DNA of 63,257 nt, filler included, from Octopus bimaculoides (GCF_001194135.2; 4 parts of 3 records of this genome joined end to end with filler, not necessarily neighbours in it); one strand, 5' to 3'. Shown: positions 38,527 to 52,149, counted from the whole stretch's first letter. Program-made: numbers and translations. Notes: a model not told the origin generated them from the letters alone.

Positions 38527-39877
38527 NNNNNNNNNNNNNNNNNNNNNNNNNNNNNNNNNNNNNNNNNNNNNNNNNNNNNNNNNNNNNNNNNNNNNNNNNN
38601 NNNNNNNNNNNNNNNNNNNNNNNNNNNNNNNNNNNNNNNNNNNNNNNNNNNNNNNNNNNNNNNNNNNNNNNNNNNNNNNNNNNNNNNNNNNNNNNNNNNN
38701 NNNNNNNNNNNNNNNNNNNNNNNNNNNNNNNNNNNNNNNNNNNNNNNNNNNNNNNNNNNNNNNNNNNNNNNNNNNNNNNNNNNNNNNNNNNNNNNNNNNN
38801 NNNNNNNNNNNNNNNNNNNNNNNNNNNNNNNNNNNNNNNNNNNNNNNNNNNNNNNNNNNNNNNNNNNNNNNNNNNNNNNNNNNNNNNNNNNNNNNNNNNN
38901 NNNNNNNNNNNNNNNNNNNNNNNNNNNNNNNNNNNNNNNNNNNNNNNNNNNNNNNNNNNNNNNNNNNNNNNNNNNNNNNNNNNNNNNNNNNNNNNNNNNN
39001 NNNNNNNNNNNNNNNNNNNNNNNNNNNNNNNNNNNNNNNNNNNTATATATTTATCTAGGTGTGAGAGTGTGGGGGACGGAGTATGTGTGCGGGAGTATGA
39101 ACGGATCAATGAATTTAAACAGCCGCGCGCACATGCGCTTAGAAATTACACAAATCTTTCACTAGAGACGAATATGCGTTCTTATATAGCTTAGAAAATC
39201 CAGGGTTAGACATAGTTACGGGCAAAATACCTTCTTTAAAAGATATATAAGAAAATATCTAAAGTAAAAATATTGAATAGATCGTACACAAAGTTATTAG
39301 CAGGTTGCCAAAATAAAAAATAAAATCGATAAGAATTATTTCACTGTAGCCTAAGCGATAGGGGGAAAACAAGTGATTCGAGATATGAGGAAGATATAAC
39401 AAGGAAAATTAAGTTTAACAGAAAGAAAGATTAAAAATCTTGTAAAGTAAATGGTTAGCAAAACAACAGAAATTCTAAAGATTACAAGAAAAATTGAGAA
39501 AGGTATAGACGTCGTAAAAAAAAAGAGAAACAAATTTTAATCGAATTTGCGTATAGCAAAAATTAATCATAGTGAAAACAATAACACGATAACATGTTCA
39601 AATGTGTTTTAGCGTTTAAGATCCAACAGATTTCTCAAGACCCGTTGAAAGCAAAAATGTACAGAGTAAATGATCCATTGGAGCAGGAAACTCCAATCTT
39701 GGCTGCAAGAATAAAATACTTCAGACTTTTTGTTCAACCCAAATACATATATATTCTGTGTATGTGCATGTATGTATGTATGTATGTATGTATGTGTAAG
39801 TATACATTAATATGTATGGGTAAGTTTATGTATAACTCTAAGTTTGTGTATGAAATGTACATATATATATATATATA

Positions 39878-40277
39878 TACTCTTTTACTCTTTTACTTGT
39901 TTCAGTCATTTGACTGCGGCCATGCTGGAGCACCGCCTTTAGTCGAGCAAATCGACCCCGGGACTTATTCTTTGTAAGCCTAGTACTTATTCTATCGGTC
40001 TCTTTTTGCCGAACCGCTAAGTGACGGGGACATAAACACACCAGCATCGGTTGTCAAGCAATGCTAGGAGGACAAACACAGACACACAAACACACACATA
40101 TATATATACATATATACGACGGGCTTCTTTCAGTTTCCGTCTACCAAATCCACTCACAAGGCTTTGGTCGGCCCGAGGCTATAGTAGAAGACACTTGCCC
40201 AAGGTGCCACGCAGTGGGACTGAACCCGGAACCATGTGGTTGGTAAGCAAGCTACTTTCCACACAGCCACTCCTGCG

Positions 40278-40280
<3 letters not shown>
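39878..40280 (-). mobile_element. SINE family A, full-length young copy with short internal repeat
   Basis: Near-identical reverse complement of 17940-18438 apart from microsatellite length. Confidence 0.95.
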
Positions 40281-40334
<54 letters not shown>

Positions 40335-40344
40335 TTTATAAATA

Positions 40345-40980
40345 TTTTGATACAGGTTGTGCGACTCAATGGAATTGGAAAGTACAAAGGAGCCAGGGCT
40401 AAGTACAGGGCCATCATAGAGAATTATACAAATGGAATCTGCCCTCCATACAAGGGTAAATCCTGAAACAGCACAGAAAGAACCAAGAAGATAGGTAAAG
40501 CCGACTATTGGTATGAAACCAAAAATACCAGAGTGTCATGTTCGTTGATACTACCCCTGGCGGCGAACTAGCATGTCTTTTTAATAAAATATTAGATAAG
40601 ATAAATCTACGGATTAAAGTAGTAAAAAGGCCAGGAACCCCCATAAAATCCCTGATCTGTAGAACATATCCCTTCGAAAGGCTCCCATGTACGGAGAACA
40701 ACTTTATAGAATGTAGGAAAAAGCCACGGGTTAACTGTGGGATTAGGAATGTAATTTATAACATACGGTGTACTGAGGGATGGTACAGAAACAAAACATT
40801 GGTAGTAGCTCAAAGAGGAGAAAAGCTCGTCAGTGCTCTACCAGCATGCTCAATTAGAACATAAAGGTTCGGTTGATAACATAGATGTTAAGGTGTAATC
40901 AATGCATGGAACAGACAGGGCACTTAGATTACAGAGGCCACAAACCGAGCCTTAACAGGAAACGCGAATGGAACAATAAC
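40345..40980 (+). mobile_element. Penelope-like element 3' end, Naiad-like (thumb/linker + Cys motif + GIY-YIG remnant)
   Basis: 'KADYWYETK / YQSVMFVDTTPGGELA...IKVVKRPGTPIKSLICRTYPFERLPC...EC...NCGIRNVIYNIRC', 'SALYQHAQLEHKG', 'LNRKREWN'. Confidence 0.8.
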
Positions 40981-41143
40981 ACCACCACCACCACACTACG
41001 TAATATGATGCCTAAAGACAGAATGGTAGAAAAATGAGACAGACAGATACAGACAGCATAATACATAAACCCGTATACACACACAAAAGACATGCATGTA
41101 CATACTTAAGAAGAAATGAAAAAACAGAGATAAATAAGTATAC

Positions 41144-41176
<33 letters not shown>

Positions 41177-41182
41177 TGTATG

Positions 41183-41247
<65 letters not shown>

Positions 41248-41344
41248 TAGTATATATGTGTATATATATATATATATAGTATAACTTTAAGTGGTTTCGG
41301 CTCGAGAGTTACGGCCATGCTGGGGCACCATCGTTAGCTTTGCT

Positions 41345-41800
41345 ACACCTTCACTACTTGAAACTACCGTCAATATGTAGCATTTGGTGAATGAAGGAGT
41401 TGAAGCTGCTGCCCTCATCTGCGTTCGTTGCCGTGATGTAGGATCATCTGGAATCCTTGACAGGAGCGGATCGAAGATTTGTTTTGAAGACCTACATCCA
41501 CACCATATAGGCCTCTCAGGTTTTTGGGAAGGTTATTGTAGAGCTGTTGACCCTTAAAACCCAAGCTGTTGCAGTACCTGGTCCTGTAACTTGATGGCGA
41601 TGTTGAGATAATTGGCAATGTACAGTGACACCTCGTTCTGCTTTTTGTGTAACCTTCCATGTCAAAGTTTGATATATGCCCTCCCAGAATTTTGCAGGTG
41701 GATATCACTGCATATTATTTCCGACTTTGTTATAGGCAGTAGAATCTTAACTTTTTCAGCTTTTCCCAGTAGCTAACACGTCGCATTGAGACGATCTTCT
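41345..41800 (-). mobile_element. CR1/L2-group LINE 3' end
   Basis: 'SYWEKLKKLRFYCL', 'YRTRYCNSLGFKGQQLYNNLPKNLRGL', 'MRAAAS'. Confidence 0.85.
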
Positions 41801-41834
41801 TTATGACACACACGTGCATACATTTATATGAATG

Positions 41835-41876
<42 letters not shown>

Positions 41877-41976
41877 NNNNNNNNNNNNNNNNNNNNNNNN
41901 NNNNNNNNNNNNNNNNNNNNNNNNNNNNNNNNNNNNNNNNNNNNNNNNNNNNNNNNNNNNNNNNNNNNNNNNNNNN

Positions 41977-42078
41977 ATATGGTGCCTTGCTTCAGCTTTT
42001 TGGGAAGTTTACCATTTGCAAGGAAATTCTGGAAGATTATCCGGAGTGGTCCTGCTAGTTCTTGTTTACACGACTTTA
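41977..42078 (-). mobile_element. Pre-RT fragment of the same LINE group
   Basis: 'LKSCKQELAGPLRIIFQNFLANGKLPKKLKQGTI' matches the LK.C...LA.PL..IF..SL..G..P..WK.A motif. Confidence 0.75.
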
Positions 42079-42175
42079 ATGTATGTATGTATGTGTGAGT
42101 GTTCAGTGTCTGTATGTACAAATATATATGCAGATAGATAGATAGATAGATGAACACATAAACACATATAAATAT

Positions 42176-42233
<58 letters not shown>

Positions 42234-42524
42234 TATATATACATATATATATATAAACCAAATACAAGAAAGAAATATTACGCACATATACATACATACG
42301 TAAATNNNNNNNNNNNNNNNNNNNNNNNNNNNNNNNNNNNNNNNNNNNNNNNNNNNNNNNNNNNNNNNNNNNNNNNNNNNNNNNNNNNNNNNNNNNNNNN
42401 NNNNNNNNNNNNNNNNNNNNNNNNNNNNNNNNNNNNNNNNNNNNNNNNNNNNNNNNNNNNNNNNNNNNNNNNNNNNNNNNNNNNNNNNNNNNNNNNNNNN
42501 NNNNNNNNNNNNNNNNNNNNNNNN

Positions 42525-42567
<43 letters not shown>

Positions 42568-42568
42568 G

Positions 42569-43211
42569 CATATTCTCAATATAAAATAGTGTACATTTAA
42601 ACACAAGAGAAACTGCCTTCAACTGGCAGTTTTCACGCTAGAAGAAGTAGTCAAAACGACCAAAACCACATTTAAGAGCATTTTTTAAAAGGGAGTGTAA
42701 AATTTAAAATTTTCCCTTGTTATTCTATTCCGGTCAAGCCTCGGTTTCAAATTTTTTTTAGCAATGAAATAATTTGCTGGGTGAAATTCTCATCAGTGAC
42801 CGCACCATAATACTAACATATAATTAAGAGACAAATTACACGTGTCTCATCGTTATAATGATGAGACACGTGTAATTTGTCTCATAATTATATGTTAGTG
42901 TTATGGCGCGGTCACTAACGAGAATTTCGCCAAGCAAATTATTTTATTTACTAAAAAAATTTGAAACCTAGGTTTGACCGGAATAAAATAACAAGGTAAA
43001 AGTTTTAATTATTCATCCCCTTTTTAAAATTGCTCTTAAATGTGGTTTTGGTCGTTTTGACTACTTCTTCTAGCGTGTAAAACTGCCTGTTGAAGGCAGT
43101 TTGTCTTGTGTTTCAATGGACACTATTTTATATTGAGAATATGTTGTCTATTGACTTTTTATACACGCTAGGTCACTGCTAGTGAAATTTCTAAAATAAC
43201 TCGCTACCCTA
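42569..43211. mobile_element. Foldback/MITE-like element forming a ~575-bp palindrome (42569-43143); right arm extends further
   Basis: Arms of about 287 bp, about 90% identical by hand alignment, centre ttA|Taa at 42855/42856 with no spacer. The right arm continues to '...ctcgctaccct' at 43210; the left end abuts (TA)n and a gap. Confidence 0.85.
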
Positions 43212-43230
43212 TATTTTACATATACATACA

Positions 43231-43266
<36 letters not shown>

Positions 43267-43971
43267 TATGTGCGTGTTTATATATATATATCCATATGTG
43301 AAGAGGTGGTGCATAAAACATTAAACGCACATCTTTCTGCAGTAATTAAAAACTCTATTAATCATCGGTAGTTAAACACCAACACGTTAAACTCCAACAT
43401 TGCAGAAGATCCAGTGGAAAAATCTTGCATTTATACGTATAATCTGCATCCAGAAGAGCAATGTATGTTTTTAATAAAAGCTCGAAAAGCATAAATTTCG
43501 AAGATAAATCATAATTTTATTACTTCCAACAGCTGTTACATTAGAAATAGTCACAATTAATTTTATAATTACATAATTACGATACGTAAAAGTTTAGATT
43601 AGATTAATGTCAAGGCGTTCTACCATTTAAAATAAAGCAAATAAACAGAAGTTTATTTGCTTTATTTTCTTTGAGATTCACTGTTCCTAAAAAGAATTAT
43701 TTCACGTTGTCGAATTCTTTAAAATTTATTATGACGTCAGCAACATATAGTCTCCTCTGGTAAGAATAAAGTTTCTGAAATCTTGGGATAATTTGGACGG
43801 TCACGTTGGTCCAATGTTAGAACGTCTGTTATGTTTACAATAGCTATGTGTTCGAGTTCCACGGCCAGCGCCTTCGCCTTTTTCTGTCGAAAGGGTTTTT
43901 AACCCAATATTTACACGCTGTTATTTATAGCTTCATTTGTTTCGAGATTCACAGTTCCTATAAAGAACTAT

Positions 43972-44339
43972 ATTTATCTTTTGCTTGTTTCAGTCACTGG
44001 ACTGCCGTCAGGGGACACTGCCTTATCGGGTTTAGTTGAACAAATCGACCCCAGTACTAATATTTCTATTTTATGCCTGGTGTATATTCTATCAGAATCT
44101 TTTGCCGAACCGCTAAGTTACAAACAAGACCAACACTGGATGTCAAGCGGCGGTTGAGGACAAACACACACACAATGACAATCGCACGATGGGCTTCTTT
44201 CAGTTTCCGTCAACCAAATCCACTCACATGGCTTTGGCTATAGTAGAAGACACTTGCCCAAGATGCCACGCAGTGGGACTGAACGCAGAACCATTTGATT
44301 GGGACGCAAACTTCTTAACACACACCCTCTCCTGCGCCT
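43972..44339 (-). mobile_element. SINE family A, older diverged copy
   Basis: Colinear head, core and tail with small deletions. Confidence 0.88.
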
Positions 44340-44405
44340 GAAGGATTTTGTTTACTTGCGATCTAAATGAATAGGTACGCTAAGTGCTATAGCTGGTCGA
44401 CCAAG

Positions 44406-44545
44406 ATCACAGCTAAGGCTGGATCTAGGGAACCATAGAATATGAGACCTTTAGTTCACTTGTGATCTAAACGGATAGATACGCTGGGTAAGTGGTATAA
44501 TTGGTTGACAGGTTCCTACATCACAGCTAAGGCTGGATCTAGGGA
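44406..44545 (+). repeat. Exact 26-bp direct repeat with 88-bp spacer
   Basis: ATCACAGCTAAGGCTGGATCTAGGGA at 44406-44431 and 44520-44545. Confidence 0.97.
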
Positions 44546-45401
44546 TCCGCTCTAGTTTTCCGCTATGTATATATATATNNNNNNNNNNNNNNNNNNNNNN
44601 NNNNNNNNNNNNNNNNNNNNNNNNNNNNNNNNNNNNNNNNNNNNNNNNNNNNNNNNNNNNNNNNNNNNNNNNNNNNNNNNNNNNNNNNNNNNNNNNNNNN
44701 NNNNNNNNNNNNNNNNNNNNNNNNNNNNNNNNNNNNNNNNNNNNNNNNNNNNNNNNNNNNNNNNNNNNNNNNNNNNNNNNNNNNNNNNNNNNNNNNNNNN
44801 NNNNNNNNNNNNNNNNNNNNNNNNNNNNNNNNNNNNNNNNNNNNNNNNNNNNNNNNNNNNNNNNNNNNNNNNNNNNNNNNNNNNNNNNNNNNNNNNNNNN
44901 NNNNNNNNNNNNNNNNNNNNNNNNNNNNNNNNNNNNNNNNNNNNNNNNNNNNNNNNNNNNNNNNNNNNNNNNNNNNNNNNNNNNNNNNNNNNNNNNNNNN
45001 NNNNNNNNNNNNNNNNNNNNNNNNNNNNNNNNNNNNNNNNNNNNNNNNNNNNNNNNNNNNNNNNNNNNNNNNNNNNNNNNNNNNNNNNNNNNNNNNNNNN
45101 NNNNNNNNNNNNNNNNNNNNNNNNNNNNNNNNNNNNNNNNNNNNNNNNNNNNNNNNNNNNNNNNNNNNNNNNNNNNNNNNNNNNNNNNNNNNNNNNNNNN
45201 NNNNNNNNNNNNNNNNNNNNNNNNNNNNNNNNNNNNNNNNNNNNNNNNNNNNNNNNNNNNNNNNNNNNNNNNNNNNNNNNNNNNNNNNNNNNNNNNNNNN
45301 NNNNNNNNNNNNNNNNNNNNNNNNNNNNNNNNNNNNNNNNNNNNNNNNNNNNNNNNNNNNNNNNNNNNNNNNNNNNNNNNNNNNNNNNNNNNNNNNNNNN
45401 N

Positions 45402-45439
<38 letters not shown>

Positions 45440-47188
45440 TGATATAAAGACAGCCAATCAGTTCGTGAGAGATTTATGACGTAATTCCACCATCTTGGTT
45501 GTCTCCATAATTCTTTACTTTAATACTATTGCATCGTTATTGTAACACTATATCTAATTTTAGTTGGCTGCAGTTCAAATTCTAGACGTTGCTGATGTTG
45601 CAGTCGCTGTTGTCGTAGTTGTTGTTGCTCTTGTACTTGTTAATGCCGATGGTGGTGGCCGCGGCGATGTTGGTGTTAGGACAATATTGTTGATCTCAAT
45701 GACTCGGTAGTTTTGATGATGTCACATTTATTAGCGTTGTCATCGATGTTCTCCAGAATGTTGTTGAATCTGCTCTGACTGTTTTGTTTTCTCGTTGGTG
45801 AGTGCCATTCGCGTCATCATCGCTGCTGCTGCTGCTGTTGTTTTTGCTGCTGTTGTTGTTTTTATCGTTGTTGTTGTTGCTGTTGTGATTGTCATCGGCA
45901 TTCTTGTCAGTGCTATTGTTGTGCGCTGTTATTATTGTCGATGTTTTTCTTACTCTGCTGCTGCTGCTGCTGTTTTTGTTGTTGTTGGTGTTGTTGTATT
46001 GTTATCATTTGGTTATCAGAAATTACGAACGATTTCCATTCAAATACATTAAGAATTACTTTTTAAAAAAATCGAAATTTACAATGTATATATATATANN
46101 NNNNNNNNNNNNNNNNNNNNNNNNNNNNNNNNNNNNNNNNNNNNNNNNNNNNNNNNNNNNNNNNNNNNNNNNNNNNNNNNNNNNNNNNNNNNNNNNNNNN
46201 NNNNNNNNNNNNNNNNNNNNNNNNNNNNNNNNNNNNNNNNNNNNNNNNNNNNNNNNNNNNNNNNNNNNNNNNNNNNNNNNNNNNNNNNNNNNNNNNNNNN
46301 NNNNNNNNNNNNNNNNNNNNNNNNNNNNNNNNNNNNNNNNNNNNNNNNNNNNNNNNNNNNNNNNNNNNNNNNNNNNNNNNNNNNNNNNNNNNNNNNNNNN
46401 NNNNNNNNNNNNNNNNNNNNNNNNNNNNNNNNNNNNNNNNNNNNNNNNNNNNNNNNNNNNNNNNNNNNNNNNNNNNNNNNNNNNNNNNNNNNNNNNNNNN
46501 NNNNNNNNNNNNNNNNNNNNNNNNNNNNNNNNNNNNNNNNNNNNNNNNNNNNNNNNNNNNNNNNNNNNNNNNNNNNNNNNNNNNNNNNNNNNNNNNNNNN
46601 NNNNNNNNNNNNNNNNNNNNNNNNNNNNNNNNNNNNNNNNNNNNNNNNNNNNNNNNNNNNNNNNNNNNNNNNNNNNNNNNNNNNNNNNNNNNNNNNNNNN
46701 NNNNNNNNNNNNNNNNNNNNNNNNNNNNNNNNNNNNNNNNNNNNNNNNNNNNNNNNNNNNNNNNNNNNNNNNNNNNNNNNNNNATATACATGTACGTGCT
46801 ATCATTAAAAATGAAATATTTGATATAAAAAATCTAATTTCTCGCTATTCGTTTGAAATAAGTGGATCATCGTTATTCAAGATATTTCTTGTTACATTTT
46901 TAGGTCTCTCCTTCTCGCTTTCTCTTTCTCTCTCTCTGTCACACTCTCTCTCTCCCTCTTTCTATTTCTCTCTCACTTTACATATACCTGTATATAAGTG
47001 TGTGTATGTACGTGTTGTCTTTTGCAAACTCGCTCTATTTTATGGCGTTTTTCGTTTATTTTTTGGGGCTTTGTTTTGTTTTTGTTCTCACTTTCTCTTA
47101 CAAAATTACCTTCTTTGCCTCTGTCGGTTTTGTCTCTTTTTCTGTTGACTTATAGACATCATTATTTACCACTTCTCTCCGTTTCTCT

Positions 47189-47222
<34 letters not shown>

Positions 47223-47400
47223 TTTCTCCGTCTCTTCCCCTCCATCAATCTACCTCTCTCCGCTACTGCACACTCATTAACTCTCTCTTTACTTTGACTA
47301 TCTTTTCTTTTCTACAATAACAACCTCTCTAATAAGAACAATAACAGCAACACCAACAACAACGACAACAGTGACGATGAATATGACGATAAATATGCTT

Positions 47401-47980
47401 TGGTGGTGGTGGTGGTGGTGGTGGTGGTGGTGGTNNNNNNNNNNNNNNNNNNNNNNNNNNNNNNNNNNNNNNNNNNNNNNNNNNNNNNNNNNNNNNNNNN
47501 NNNNNNNNNNNNNNNNNNNNNNNNNNNNNNNNNNNNNNNNNNNNNNNNNNNNNNNNNNNNNNNNNNNNNNNNNNNNNNNNNNNNNNNNNNNNNNNNNNNN
47601 NNNNNNNNNNNNNNNNNNNNNNNNNNNNNNNNNNNNNNNNNNNNNNNNNNNNNNNNNNNNNNNNNNNNNNNNNNNNNNNNNNNNNNNNNNNNNNNNNNNN
47701 NNNNNNNNNNNNNNNNNNNNNNNNNNNNNNNNNNNNNNNNNNNNNNNNNNNNNNNNNNNNNNNNNNNNNNNNNNNNNNNNNNNNNNNNNNNNNNNNNNNN
47801 NNNNNNNNNNNNNNNNNNNNNNNNNNNNNNNNNNNNNNNNNNNNNNNNNNNNNNNNNNNNNNNNNNNNNNNNNNNNNNNNNNNNNNNNNNNNNNNNNNNN
47901 NNNNNNNNNNNNNNNNNNNNNNNNNNNNNNNNNNNNNNNNNNGTGGTTGTGGTGGTGGTGGTGGTGGTGGTGGTGGTGGT
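47401..47980. repeat. (GGT)n microsatellite spanning a gap
   Basis: (GGT)n lies on both sides of the N run 47435-47942. Confidence 0.9.
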
Positions 47981-48429
47981 GCCAATATCGATGACCATGT
48001 CGATGACGACGATTATGACGACGATGATGATGATGATGATTTCTGCCACGTGGTGACAGATGAGATGGCACTTGAAAGACAAGTTACAAAATCTGTGTAA
48101 AAATGACTGAAAACAAGGAAGCGGAAGAAAAGCTCTATGTGGTACATAATATTTTGCAATGTCTTTGGGCGGGAGGACTCTCACCTAGGGTTAATTAAGG
48201 ATTACCAAAGATACAGGATTATCCTCGATACCAAAGGATAGGGCCATTTTCAGCTGTCATTTACCGGCTCTACAGTCGCATACTGAGAGTAGGCCCATTC
48301 ATGGAGTCCTACTTGCCACTTTCACACACCTTTTGGCTAATCTACTGGATGAAAAGCCTGTTCCCCATTATATTGTGCCTAATGATGGTAATGATGGTTA
48401 GACAAAGGCTTAACAACCGTTTTAGCACG

Positions 48430-48580
48430 TAGCCATCGACAGATGAAAACTTCCCTGGCCAAAGAAAAACGGCGAAGCAGTCTTCACGAAGGACTCACCC
48501 GATGTCAGAGTGTGTCCTACATGCGACAACAGTTATTCAGCAAAACTTGAACAATCCAGTAGTGTCCGGACATGAGACGA
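48430..48580 (+). mobile_element. Possible RTE-type LINE C-terminal zinc-finger remnant
   Basis: 'KEKRRS' followed, after a frameshift, by 'VRVCPTCDNSYSAKL', resembling EEKR..RK...CP.C.R.F.SRIGL. Confidence 0.35.
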
Positions 48581-48959
48581 GTGATGTTCTGAACAGTTTC
48601 TTGCTCTGTGTGCAACCCAAGCACTCCTGAGACTGTGGTGTTTACTCTGAACTAGTACTGCATGAAATTAGCAAGGACATTCAACCGTTTACAACTACAA
48701 AAGCGTCTTGGTTCTGCAAGTACTTTATGCGTCTTAATGACCGGTCTAGAAGACCAATGGCCAAAGACGATAAAGATGTGACCATCACTTTTTTTCCCTG
48801 TATAACTAAGTAGTGTAGTTGAGATTATATATTTCAATATGTCCACCAATTTTTATGAATCTAGTATGGTTTGAGCGAAAGTTAGCTGCTATTTCTTGTA
48901 AGTCGTGCCATGACGTAGAGACTCCTTCATAAGTACCTTCTTATTCGTGCTGTTGTTGT

Positions 48960-49000
<41 letters not shown>

Positions 49001-49705
49001 CTGCTGCTGCCATTGCTGTTATTGATAATGATTGTACACTTAAAGGTGAAGCTTTTGTGTTCTCAAAAACACATTATATTGTCTACTGAAGAATAACTTT
49101 CACTTTAATTTGACAGGCTTTTAATTTACTTTCACTTAGCAAATTACATTTGCTTTGTTTCTTCCCATAAATTTGTTGTTTGTTTTTTTTTTTTTTAATT
49201 CTATAAATAAATTAAAAAATCAAGAGGAGAGAAAATACACAAATACAGAAAGAAAATGCACAAATAACAGAAAACATCTGGGTGTTTTTATTTGCTTGTT
49301 CTCGTTGCTTAGAGTGGGAAGGGGGCCGTTGTTCTTTGAATATCATAGAAACGTCACCGGTTAGGACATATTTTCTTTTAAACACATACAATCAACAGAT
49401 GGATGTCTGTAATTCAAGATAAACTTAACTAATGAGAAAATGACGAAAGGAAAAACTCACTGAATATGTATTAAAATATTAATTAAGAATGTCAGGTGAG
49501 TATAACTGTTGGATTGTTAATACATTGACAAGGGAACAATTGGGAATACGATTCTAGAATTAAATAACATCGGTTTAGACTCAATGGACAAAAGGTGACA
49601 CTGTAAAATAGAAGGACGAACAAAACAGAATACATGTATATATGTGTGAATGTATGTGTGCGTGGGTCTATGTGTGTGTTTGTGTGTGTTGTGTGAGTGT
49701 GTATA

Positions 49706-49761
<56 letters not shown>

Positions 49762-52149
49762 NNNNNNNNNNNNNNNNNNNNNNNNNNNNNNNNNNNNNNN
49801 NNNNNNNNNNNNNNNNNNNNNNNNNNNNNNNNNNNNNNNNNNNNNNNNNNNNNNNNNNNNNNNNNNNNNNNNNNNNNNNNNNNNNNNNNNNNNNNNNNNN
49901 NNNNNNNNNNNNNNNNNNNNNNNNNNNNNNNNNNNNNNNNNNNNNNNNNNNNNNNNNNNNNNNNNNNNNNNNNNNNNNNNNNNNNNNNNNNNNNNNNNNN
50001 NNNNNNNNNNNNNNNNNNNNNNNNNNNNNNNNNNNNNNNNNNNNNNNNNNNNNNNNNNNNNNNNNNNNNNNNNNNNNNNNNNNNNNNNNNNNNNNNNNNN
50101 NNNNNNNNNNNNNNNNNNNNNNNNNNNNNNNNNNNNNNNNNNNNNNNNNNNNNNNNNNNNNNTGTGTGTGTGTGTTCGCGCGTGTGTGTGCGTGTTCGTG
50201 TGTGTGTGTTCGCGTGTGTGTGTGTGTTCGTGTGTGTGTGTTCGCGTGTGTGTGTGGTATAAATTGTCACTGAAGTTACCCAGGTATTGTGCTGTTACAG
50301 ATAGGAGCTCGATATACTATAAATAGTCGCCTAATCACTCTCAGTCTCGCCCTAGCGTCTTGTAAAAGGAAGGACACGTTGAATGTTGTAATCCCTAAAA
50401 AGTACAAAAGGTGTGATGGTCATGATTGGAGCGCATGTGTTTGATCAAGACTGTCCTGGAGCTAAATAGCATAACAGTTATTGTTGTCGGTGTTTTGATT
50501 ATCTCTGCTGAAGTGATCGGCAGAAAAATTGATCAATATTGAAATCGGATTCAGAAAATGCGATGCACTAAACTACAAGATGTTCATAAATTATCTTTAC
50601 AATCATTAAAACACTTCCACGTGGGCTTCATTGGTTGAAAGCAACACATTTAGACAATGCTCAATTTCTGACCGTGTGCTTTTGAGCATTCCTTCATCAA
50701 AGACGTATTATTTCATTGAGATCAATGGGAGTCTTGGACTTTTGTACGGNNNNNNNNNNNNNNNNNNNNNNNNNNNNNNNNNNNNNNNNNNNNNNNNNNN
50801 NNNNNNNNNNNNNNNNNNNNNNNNNNNNNNNNNNNNNNNNNNNNNNNNNNNNNNNNNNNNNNNNNNNNNNNNNNNNNNNNNNNNNNNNNNNNNNNNNNNN
50901 NNNNNNNNNNNNNNNNNNNNNNNNNNNNNNNNNNNNNNNNNNNNNNNNNNNNNNNNNNNNNNNNNNNNNNNNNNNNNNNNNNNNNNNNNNNNNNNNNNNN
51001 NNNNNNNNNNNNNNNNNNNNNNNNNNNNNNNNNNNNNNNNNNNNNNNNNNNNNNNNNNNNNNNNNNNNNNNNNNNNNNNNNNNNNNNNNNNNNNNNNNNN
51101 NNNNNNNNNNNNNNNNNNNNNNNNNNNNNNNNNNNNNNNNNNNNNNNNNNNNNNNNNNNNNNNNNNNNNNNNNNNNNNNNNNNNNNNNNNNNNNNNNNNN
51201 NNNNNNNNNNNNNNNNNNNNNNNNNNNNNNNNNNNNNNNNNNNNNNNNNNNNNNNNNNNNNNNNNNNNNNNNNNNNNNNNNNNNNNNNNNNNNNNNNNNN
51301 NNNNNNNNNNNNNNNNNNNNNNNNNNNNNNNNNNNNNNNNNNNNNNNNNNNNNNNNNNNNNNNNNNNNNNNNNNNNNNNNNNNNNNNNNNNNNNNNNNNN
51401 NNNNNNNNNNNNNNNNNNNNNNNNNNNNNNNNNNNNNGTGTGTGTGTGTGTGCGTGTGTGTGTGTAGTAATAATAACAATAGAGGAGGTCTTTGTTATTT
51501 TTTACAAAGTTGTGGGGAAGTCAGTTCTTCTAGGAGAAAGATACTTTGATATAAAACTTGCAGTCAAAATTGTACCGGTCATCTAGCAATACTATGGTGA
51601 ACGGAAGAGAGGCAGAAGTGTTTGCAAACTTTTGCCACTTAAATCTGATGACATTCATATTTGATTTCTTTATTCGTTTTGTATTTTATAGTTATATGGT
51701 GATGAATGCTTGACGTGAAAAATCATATCCGCACACAAGCAAAAATGAAAGTAAATCAGTGTGATCAAGCTGAATATGAGGGCTATCATCTGACAAGATG
51801 GGGCACTCGTCATTGTATATATCTGGGATATTATGGTCCTGAATGGATACTGTCTTACAACAAAAAAAATTGTCTTTTGATCATAGGTCAGCTCATTCAC
51901 GGCTCGCCCGGGTTTAAACAACAGCATTACAACAACAACATACAATGGAAATAATTCAAATTTATCTGATTATTTAAATTGGAGTTAGACGTTTACTCTG
52001 TATTTAATGATGTTGTTATATTACTGGTACTTGGCCCCAGATTGTGACAAGGTGAAGATGGTCACGAAAGAGAGAGGAGCAGAGAAAGAAACAGAGAAGA
52101 AGGGTAAGAGAGAGAATGAAAGTGTATGCGAGTATGTGACAGAAAGAAA

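Noticed and set aside
44406-44545. Direct repeat considered as a CRISPR unit
   Set aside because: Only two repeats, an 88-bp spacer, eukaryotic context and no cas genes.
51706-51954. 82-aa ORF in non-microsatellite DNA
   Set aside because: No recognisable domain; it is preceded by an in-frame stop, and its 3' part resembles a SINE tail also seen near 50400-50470.
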